Source: an uncultured Myxococcales bacterium (GTDB taxonomy: Bacteria; Myxococcota_A; Bradymonadia; UBA7976; UBA1532). Taken from it: a stretch of 16,019 nt of DNA. A program made the position numbers and the translations under genes. The stretch covers positions 1 to 16,019 of the forward strand of contig CALBMW010000727.1 of assembly GCA_937896275.1 (NCBI GenBank), read 5' to 3'. Shown one piece after another: positions 8,174 through 14,185 of the stretch; position 1 is the first letter of the stretch; each line of letters opens with the position of its first letter. The notes under the pieces were generated by a model. That model was given only the letters and a program-made list of their open reading frames with translations, ran no database searches and was not told the origin of the DNA.

Positions 8174-11049
8174 CGGGCGCTCCCCGTGCTCAGACCCGCC
8201 ACCCCGGCCCGCCGGGTCGCGCTCACAGCCTGCCGATGCAGGGCCTCGACGCGCGCGGGCACGCGCTCCGGATCGAGAGCCACGCCCTCGGCGTCCAGCA
8301 GATCCTCGTAGGGGTGGTCGACCCGATGCACCAAGCGCTCGCTCGCGAAGACGCTCTGCCGGATCAACGCCTGCGCGGGCGCCAGATCCATGGTCTGCAC
8401 GTGCAAGGTGCCGTCCGGCGTCACCACGGGCTCGTCGAGGCCGACCGAGCGATGCGCGGGCGGATCGGGCAGCGGATCACCGGCGCGGCGCCCATGCGCG
8501 ACCCCGTCGTCCAGCGGCGCCCACGACGCCGGCGCCTCCTCGCGCAGGCTCGGCGCGGCCCCCAAGCGGGGGCGTCCGGCCGACGACGCGAGCTCCGCGT
8601 CGGCCCACGGATCGTAGTCGTCTTCGCCTTCGTCCTCGTCTTGTGGGTCGGCCCGATCCGCGTCCCGTCCGCCCACCGCCAAGGCCTGCCCAGCGATCGA
8701 CGCGACCTGCCCACCCGGAGGTGCAGCCGAGCGCGCGGGCGTCGGCGCGGGCGCGGGCGCGGGCCCAGGAGCGGGCGTGGGCGTGCTCGCGGGCTCCTCG
8801 AAGAAGATGTCGTCGAAGGCCTGCTCGACGTCCTCATCGACGGTTCGGGTCGCCGGCGGCGGAGGCGTGTGGGGCGTGGCCGTTGCGCGGGCGCCGGCCA
8901 CCGGTGGGGTCTCGAACCCCAACGAGGAGGGGTCGAAGTCGGGCAGCGAGTCCTCCGGCGTGAAGCCGGGCGCCGCGGCGCGGCGGACGGGGGCGTCGTC
9001 GGGCCAGTCCGGCGCCGGGTCGCTGTCGCCGCCCGTGAGCGCCGCCAGGGCTTGGCGACCGGGGTGCGGCCGGGCCGAGGTTGCTGGCCAGGCTGGGATG
9101 CCGTCGGGCAGCGCCGCCGCCTCGAGCGCGGCCACGATGTCAGCCACCGCGCGGGGATCTACCAAAGGCTGCGGCTGCGCAGCGCTCACGGGCGGGGACG
9201 GCGTCGGCTCGACCGGCGAGCGACCGGCGTCGGCGGGCAGGTCCCACGCCATCTCGTCGGCGTCCACGGTCGGCACCTCGGCCGTCGGCCGCTCCGCCCG
9301 ATCGAAGGCCTCGTCGAGCGCCGCACCAAAACCGCCCGCGCCAGGCACCTGCTCCCACTCACCCCAGGCCGCCGCGAGGTCGGGCGCCGCCGAATCGACC
9401 GGCGGCGCCGCCTCCTCGGGAAGGTCCAGGCTGATCGCGGCCTCTGGCTCCGCGGCGTCCCAAGCGCCTGCGAGCGGATCGTCACCGAGGGCCGCGCCGA
9501 CGCGGTCGACCGCCGCAATGGGGGCGCTCTCCGCCGGGACCACGGCGGTGACGGGCACGACGGCGACCTCGATCGGGGTCTCCTCCGGATCGCCGACCCA
9601 AGCCTGCAGCGCGTCGGCGGGGGCGGCCTCGGTGTGAGCCGGCCCCGCCTGCCCTTCGCGCCAAGCGAGCTCCGCCGCGTCCATCCGGTCGGCGGTCTCC
9701 GCGCCGGCCACGGCGGCGCGGTCGATCGAGCCGGTCACGACCGAGAGTGGCCCCAACTCGTCCATCTCTGGGAGCGGCAGCTCGCCCAGATCGTCCATCT
9801 CTGCCGCCGGAAGATCCCCCAGCGAGTCCCCCGGAGTGAGTAGGGGCTCTCCCTCGTCGAGGCCACCGTCGGACGCACCCGGGGACGAGGCGTCGTCGCA
9901 CTCCTCGCTCGCCTCGGGCGCGGGTGGCTCCACCCACGCGCCCTCCGGCGTGCCCGGCGGCTCGCCCTGATCCACGACATCGTTGGGCGGACCCTCGGCC
10001 GGGACGTCGCCGCCTCGATCGCTCGCGTCGGCAACCGGCAGGTGTGGAACATGCTCGCTCGAATCGGCGTCGGCCGGCGGCTGATCACCGTCGGCGACGA
10101 GGCTGGGCGGCAGATCGCGACGCAGGAGCAGGTCCGGGCGCGCCGCGCCGCTGAACTCGAGCAGCCGATCCACCATCGCGGCCGTCGCGTCGCCCAGCGC
10201 GCCATAGGGCACTGTGTGCGCCACCGACTTCATGCGCCGGATCGCCGTCCGCACCTCCAACTCGATCGGCAGGGTGCCGGCGTGGGGGAGCGCGACGTCG
10301 AGGTAGCGGTGACACACGAGCCGCAGCGCGCCGAGGACTCGCCTCTCCTCGCGCTCGTTCGCCTGATTGATCACGACCTGCGCGCGGAAGTCGGCGACCA
10401 GCGCGGCGACCGCGTCAGCGATCGCGGGATCGGCGGCCCGCACCGCCTCGATCAGCGGCCCGACGGCGTCGAGCCGCTCCGTCGCGTCCCGCGGCTGCAT
10501 CACGCGCGCGAGGGCCGCCCGCACCACGGCCTCGTGGCCACAGCCCAGCTCGATGCGCCGGAAGAGCGCCGACTTCAGGAAGGCATAGGCGTTCTGGATC
10601 GAGGTCGGCTCCGGCCCCGTCACCACCAGCCCCAGACCGGCCAGGTTGAAGAAGTCGAGCGTCGTGTAGTGCGTGCCGGCGCCGAGGTCGATCAACACCA
10701 CGTCGACGTCCAGGCCGAGCACCGCGTCGATCAGTCGCTCCTTCTCGGTCGGTCGTGGATGAGCCGCCCGAAGGATGCCGGCGGCGCCGCTGATCAGTCG
10801 AAGACCGGGCACCTCGGTGTCGAGGCAGACCTCATCGAGCGTGTGGGCCCGCCCCAAAACGAAGTCGCTCAGCGTCCGGGCGGGCTGCAGCAGGCCCAGC
10901 AGGGTGTGCAGGTTCGCGGCGCCCAGATCGGCGTCCAACGCCACGACGCGCAGGCCCCGCCTGGCGAGCTCAGCGCCGACGATCGCGCACACCAGCGACT
11001 TGCCGACGCCGCCCTTGCCCCCACCGAAGGCCCAGACCCGCTCCGCCAT
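8170..11049 (-). CDS. MinD/ParA/FlhG-type P-loop ATPase with long acidic disordered extension and unassigned C-terminal domain
   Basis: 959 aa. Residues 1-300 carry a deviant Walker A, GGGKGGVGKS (10996-11025), then VVALDADLG and Walker B VVLIDLGAG. Residues ~301-857 (8479-10149) are Asp/Glu/Pro/Ala-rich. I see no lysine there and 11 Trp. Residues ~858-959 have a less biased composition. Codons end overwhelmingly in G/C across the whole frame, which supports one real CDS. The ATG at 11047-11049 shares one nt with the upstream stop (TGATG). Confidence 0.8.
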   Translation of the reverse strand: MAERVWAFGGGKGGVGKSLVCAIVGAELARRGLRVVALDADLGAANLHTLLGLLQPARTLSDFVLGRAHTLDEVCLDTEVPGLRLISGAAGILRAAHPRPTEKERLIDAVLGLDVDVVLIDLGAGTHYTTLDFFNLAGLGLVVTGPEPTSIQNAYAFLKSALFRRIELGCGHEAVVRAALARVMQPRDATERLDAVGPLIEAVRAADPAIADAVAALVADFRAQVVINQANEREERRVLGALRLVCHRYLDVALPHAGTLPIELEVRTAIRRMKSVAHTVPYGALGDATAAMVDRLLEFSGAARPDLLLRRDLPPSLVADGDQPPADADSSEHVPHLPVADASDRGGDVPAEGPPNDVVDQGEPPGTPEGAWVEPPAPEASEECDDASSPGASDGGLDEGEPLLTPGDSLGDLPAAEMDDLGELPLPEMDELGPLSVVTGSIDRAAVAGAETADRMDAAELAWREGQAGPAHTEAAPADALQAWVGDPEETPIEVAVVPVTAVVPAESAPIAAVDRVGAALGDDPLAGAWDAAEPEAAISLDLPEEAAPPVDSAAPDLAAAWGEWEQVPGAGGFGAALDEAFDRAERPTAEVPTVDADEMAWDLPADAGRSPVEPTPSPPVSAAQPQPLVDPRAVADIVAALEAAALPDGIPAWPATSARPHPGRQALAALTGGDSDPAPDWPDDAPVRRAAAPGFTPEDSLPDFDPSSLGFETPPVAGARATATPHTPPPPATRTVDEDVEQAFDDIFFEEPASTPTPAPGPAPAPAPTPARSAAPPGGQVASIAGQALAVGGRDADRADPQDEDEGEDDYDPWADAELASSAGRPRLGAAPSLREEAPASWAPLDDGVAHGRRAGDPLPDPPAHRSVGLDEPVVTPDGTLHVQTMDLAPAQALIRQSVFASERLVHRVDHPYEDLLDAEGVALDPERVPARVEALHRQAVSATRRAGVAGLSTGSAR
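8747..8764. repeat. (GCGGGC)x3 microsatellite inside the ATPase gene
   Basis: Three perfect hexamers with imperfect flanking copies. On the minus strand they encode the PAPAPAP tract in TPTPAPGPAPAPAPTPA. Confidence 0.8.
9758..9823 (-). repeat. 33-nt (11-aa) tandem repeat inside the ATPase gene
   Basis: The 13-mer TCGTCCATCTCTG occurs at 9758-9770 and 9791-9803. The units encode LGDLPAAEMDD and LGELPLPEMDE, followed by a partial third unit LGPL. Confidence 0.8.
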
Positions 11050-12473
11050 CAGCGCGTTCCCCCGTCGCGTGCGTCGTGCGCCGCTGAGCCCCCATCCGGG
11101 GGGGGCGCGCCAGCGTCTCCTGCCTGCAGTCGGCGCAACAGGAGGCGGCGCTTGAACCCATTGAGTTCACCGCGGGCGTCCTTGGCTCTCAGGCTGTCGT
11201 AGAGCTTCTCCATGAGCACGCCGGTGGCGTACTCCACCCCCACCTGGTGGTCGACGAGCCATCGGATCAGCGTCGGATCGTCGGTGGCGGCCAGGGCCCG
11301 GATGATGGCGAACTGGTAGTTGCGGTAGGGGACGAGCAGCTTCTTGCGCCCCCCCTCCTGCACCGGGACCGTGCGCTCGGGGCAGTTCTCGAGCGGATCG
11401 GTGGAGACTTCGAACGCAGCCCGCAGGGGGCCCGATGCGTCGAACTCCGCCAGCTTTTCGAGCGCCTGGATGGCCGCGCAGCGCATCGCGAGCGACGGAT
11501 CCTCGAGCCGCGCGGTCAGCAGGTCGAGCAGCGCGCGGTTACGCAGCTCGCCCAGGGCCCACAGCGCCGCGAGCTGGGTGTCCTCGTCTTGGTTGCTCGT
11601 CAAGATGCGCCGCAGCAGATCGACCGCCGGCACCTTCAGCATGCCCAGCATCAAGGCGAGCGCCCGCGGCTCGCGCTGCGCGACGGGGCTCTCGGCGACC
11701 GTGCGCGCCGCCGTTCTGGCCTGCTCACCCCCCACCTGGCCCAGCGCGATGAGCGCCGTGAAGGTGAGCGCGGGCTGCTCGATGGCGAGTCGCCCCAGGC
11801 GCTCGGCGGCCGCCTGCACGCCCAGCGATCCCACCACGAACGCCGCGCGCGCCGCGACGCCCTCGTCGGGATCGTCGAGGGCTCGGAGCACCACCTGCTC
11901 GACCGCCGGGGTGACCGCGAAGTCGAGGCGCGTCGCCAACATGCTCATGCCCTCGCGACGCACCGCCGGATCGGCGCTCCGCATGTGCACCACCGCGACA
12001 CCTGGGTGTGAGTAGCGCCCCAGGAAGTTGTGGGACAGGGCATTGGACGAGAGGATGAAGGCCGCCGAGAAGGCCAGGAAGTACAGGCCAAAGCGAACGG
12101 ACGAGTCCCCGCCGCGCAGGGCCTCACGGTCCTCCGCGTCGGTGGTCTCGTGCCCCATCCCGTCGATGCGGGCGTCGAGCTCGGCCATCTCGTCGCGCAG
12201 GAAGTGCTCGGTGAACCCGCGGTAGAAGAGCGCCTCGCCCAAGCTGATGACCGACACCAGCCCAGCGACGACGCCCACCGCCATCCACACCGCGACCAGT
12301 ACGAAGCTGAGCCCCGGCGAGTCAGCGCTGTGGTCGATGTAGCGATGGATCAGGTACGCCGCGCCGTAGAAGCCGGCGACGGCGATGAGCAGCATCCCGT
12401 AGCGACGAGCCGCCGTGCCGAAGAGCGCAGCGCGCAGACCGTGCACCGGCGGGCGGTGTGGACGTCCACTCAC
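11049..12473 (-). CDS. Polytopic membrane protein with HEAT-like repeats
   Basis: 474 aa with three hydrophobic segments: LLIAVAGFYGAAYLI, LSFVLVAVWMAVGVVAGLVSVISLG and FGLYFLAFSAAFILSS. These are followed by at least 4 PBS-lyase/HEAT-like repeats (SADPAVRREGMSMLA, LDDPDEGVAARAAFVVGSLG, NQDEDTQLAALWALGELRN, LEDPSLAMRCAAIQALEKL) and a basic tail KRRLLLRRL. The GTG at 12471-12473 abuts the upstream stop. An alternative ATG at 12393-12395 (Met27) cannot be excluded. Confidence 0.7.
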   Translation of the reverse strand: MSGRPHRPPVHGLRAALFGTAARRYGMLLIAVAGFYGAAYLIHRYIDHSADSPGLSFVLVAVWMAVGVVAGLVSVISLGEALFYRGFTEHFLRDEMAELDARIDGMGHETTDAEDREALRGGDSSVRFGLYFLAFSAAFILSSNALSHNFLGRYSHPGVAVVHMRSADPAVRREGMSMLATRLDFAVTPAVEQVVLRALDDPDEGVAARAAFVVGSLGVQAAAERLGRLAIEQPALTFTALIALGQVGGEQARTAARTVAESPVAQREPRALALMLGMLKVPAVDLLRRILTSNQDEDTQLAALWALGELRNRALLDLLTARLEDPSLAMRCAAIQALEKLAEFDASGPLRAAFEVSTDPLENCPERTVPVQEGGRKKLLVPYRNYQFAIIRALAATDDPTLIRWLVDHQVGVEYATGVLMEKLYDSLRAKDARGELNGFKRRLLLRRLQAGDAGAPPPDGGSAAHDARDGGTR

Positions 12474-13310
12474 TCAGTTGCCGATCTCAGGCTCCTGGGG
12501 GAAGTAGAAGCCGAAGCCGACCGTCACCGCGAAGTTGTTGCTGATATTGCTGTCGGTGCTCGTCGTCGTGGCGCCCTGTCCATCGCTCTCGACGACGGCG
12601 TTCAGGGAAGAAGAGTAGATGTAGTCGCGGAACTCGAGGTTGACCGCCATGCCGTCGGTCACGAAGGTGCGCAGGCCCACCCCGACGCTGCCCGTCGGTG
12701 TAGCCCCGTCGACGTCCGTCGAGCCGCTGACCAACGTGGCGCCGACCCCGGCGAGCACGTGCAGATCGTAGTTGAGGACCGAACGCCCAAAGAGCGCGAA
12801 CTTGCCGACGAGGGGCGTGTAGATCACCTCGAGCGTGCCCAGCAGGCCCACGTGGGAGAACGCGCCCGCGTCGCTCTTCTCGGGCCGCTCGTCCTCGATG
12901 CGGTCCGCGAGGCCCGAGTTGAAGGGCACCCCCCCCAGCACCGTGGCGCCGATGGCCCAGGCATCCGTGAGGTGATAGGCCAGCTGTGCCCCCAACAGCA
13001 GGTTGCGCTGGAAGGCGTCGTTGAGCGTGAACCCGAAGGTCGGCGTGACCTCGAAGCGACCGCCCCGCAGCATCAGCCGCTTGCGGATCGCCTCGCCCTC
13101 TTCGAGACGGTCGAGCGCCGACCGACGGGGGCCCTGAATGCTGGCCGCCCCGGCTTCGCCGATCGGCATGATCCCACCGAAGACGCCCGCGAGGGCGACG
13201 GCGAGGACCGCGGCCCCCACAGATCCCCCCACCCCGAGCGTTCCGGGCCGCCCCAGCGGGGCGACATGCCCTACGGCATCGTGCTGCTGCGTGGTCAAAG
13301 GCCCCCTCAC
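12474..13310 (-). CDS. Outer-membrane beta-barrel-type protein, paralogue B
   Basis: The C-terminal ~240 aa of track ORF 12474..14129 align by eye with the neighbouring gene. Compare RLMLRGGRFEVTPTFGFTLNDAF with RPFLRRNRVEVAPFLGTNINDAL, and YTPLVGKFALFG with YVPIYGKFALFN. There is an alternating beta pattern and a C-terminal GFGFYFP. The hydrophobic leader is GSVGAAVLAVALAGVFGG. The chosen start is the GTG at 13308-13310, which overlaps the upstream stop (GTGA). In-frame GTGs about 30 codons downstream are alternatives. Confidence 0.65.
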   Translation of the reverse strand: MRGPLTTQQHDAVGHVAPLGRPGTLGVGGSVGAAVLAVALAGVFGGIMPIGEAGAASIQGPRRSALDRLEEGEAIRKRLMLRGGRFEVTPTFGFTLNDAFQRNLLLGAQLAYHLTDAWAIGATVLGGVPFNSGLADRIEDERPEKSDAGAFSHVGLLGTLEVIYTPLVGKFALFGRSVLNYDLHVLAGVGATLVSGSTDVDGATPTGSVGVGLRTFVTDGMAVNLEFRDYIYSSSLNAVVESDGQGATTTSTDSNISNNFAVTVGFGFYFPQEPEIGN

Positions 13311-14086
13311 TTCAGCGTCCGGTACTCGAAGTCGGGCGGCAGAAAGAAGCTGACGCCGGCGGTGAAGATCAAGTTGTTCACCAGCTGGCTGTTGCCCGGA
13401 TAGTCCTCGTTGTAGATGTTGTCCCGCAGCTCGATGTCGAGCGTGAACCAGTGGTTCATGAAGTACCGCTGACCCGCGCCGATCGACAGCGTCGGGTGAC
13501 CGGCGAGCTCGGTCTTCGTCCAGCCGGCGCCCAGCAGCGCGTAGGTGTCCCACGGGATGATCCAGGTGTTGAACAGCGCGAACTTGCCGTAGATGGGCAC
13601 ATACTGGAAGTCGAGCAGCGCCCACCACTGCACCTTCGACACCTGCGGGAACAGCTCGTAATCCTCGATCACGCTGTTGAACAGGTCGCTCTCCGAGCCC
13701 AGGCTGTAGCCGCCGTTTACGCCGACCGCCATGACCTCGGTCAAGTGGTAGTTCAGGTTGCCGCCGGCGACGAACATGCTCGCGAGAGCGTCGTTGATGT
13801 TGGTGCCCAGGAAGGGCGCCACCTCGACGCGGTTGCGGCGCAGGAAGGGGCGCCGTTGAATGACCCGGATGAGGTCGATCTCCTCCTGGCGGGAGCGCTC
13901 GACCTCCTTCGCCGCGGCCTGCGTGTCGACCACGTCGAAGGTCAGGTCCCCCCCCGCGTCGTCCCCACCGGTCGCGTCGTCCCCGACCTCGACCGGGTCG
14001 AACGTCATGTCCTGCGCCAGCGCAGCCGGCGCGGCGGTGAGAGCCGCCAGGAACACGACCGATGCCGCCCTCGTGCGCAGGTTCAT
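13307..14086 (-). CDS. Outer-membrane beta-barrel-type protein, paralogue A
   Basis: 259 aa from the ATG at 14084-14086, with GGAGG upstream. Clear signal peptide MNLRTRAASVVFLAALTAAPAALAQD. An acidic Gly/Asp linker carries a duplicated (M/L)TFDxV motif. Amphipathic beta-strands follow, ending in AGVSFFLP. From memory it resembles a beta-barrel domain family expanded in myxobacteria; this was not searched. Confidence 0.75.
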   Translation of the reverse strand: MNLRTRAASVVFLAALTAAPAALAQDMTFDPVEVGDDATGGDDAGGDLTFDVVDTQAAAKEVERSRQEEIDLIRVIQRRPFLRRNRVEVAPFLGTNINDALASMFVAGGNLNYHLTEVMAVGVNGGYSLGSESDLFNSVIEDYELFPQVSKVQWWALLDFQYVPIYGKFALFNTWIIPWDTYALLGAGWTKTELAGHPTLSIGAGQRYFMNHWFTLDIELRDNIYNEDYPGNSQLVNNLIFTAGVSFFLPPDFEYRTLK

Positions 14087-14146
14087 GGCCTCCGTTCCAC
14101 CCAGGTTGGATTCCCGCCGTTCGTAGCACGGCGGTCTGGCGCCTTC

Positions 14147-14174
14147 AACAAAAACCACCGCCCCGGCGGCCGCC
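14147..14174 (-). terminator. Possible ftsY terminator
   Basis: Twelve nt after the ftsY stop, the minus strand reads GGCGGCCGCCGGGGCGG followed by TGGTTTTTGTT. The T5 run is conspicuous in this GC-rich DNA, but the best stem I can draw is only 4-5 bp. Confidence 0.25.
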
Positions 14175-14185
14175 TTCGAACCGGC

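Noticed and set aside
8170-11049. Possibility that the 959-aa gene is two genes, or an ATPase plus non-coding DNA
   Set aside because: The frame stays open. Codons end in G/C throughout, and a normal-composition domain resumes at the C-terminus with a coupled stop/start to the next gene. I saw no internal RBS-plus-start signal. I kept it as one CDS, though read-level verification is advisable.
8167-11202. Plus-strand ORFs 8167..9843 (558 aa) and 10042..11202 (386 aa)
   Set aside because: They are antisense to the MinD-type ATPase gene. The products are Arg/Gly-rich with no Walker or other motifs. The minus frame carries the recognisable ATPase and the G/C third-position bias.
7502-14086. The five-gene unit as a phage-defence or mobile island
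   Set aside because: It contains no nuclease, helicase, methylase, toxin, integrase or flanking repeats. Composition matches the surrounding housekeeping DNA, and the envelope-targeted products argue for a structural or positioning role.
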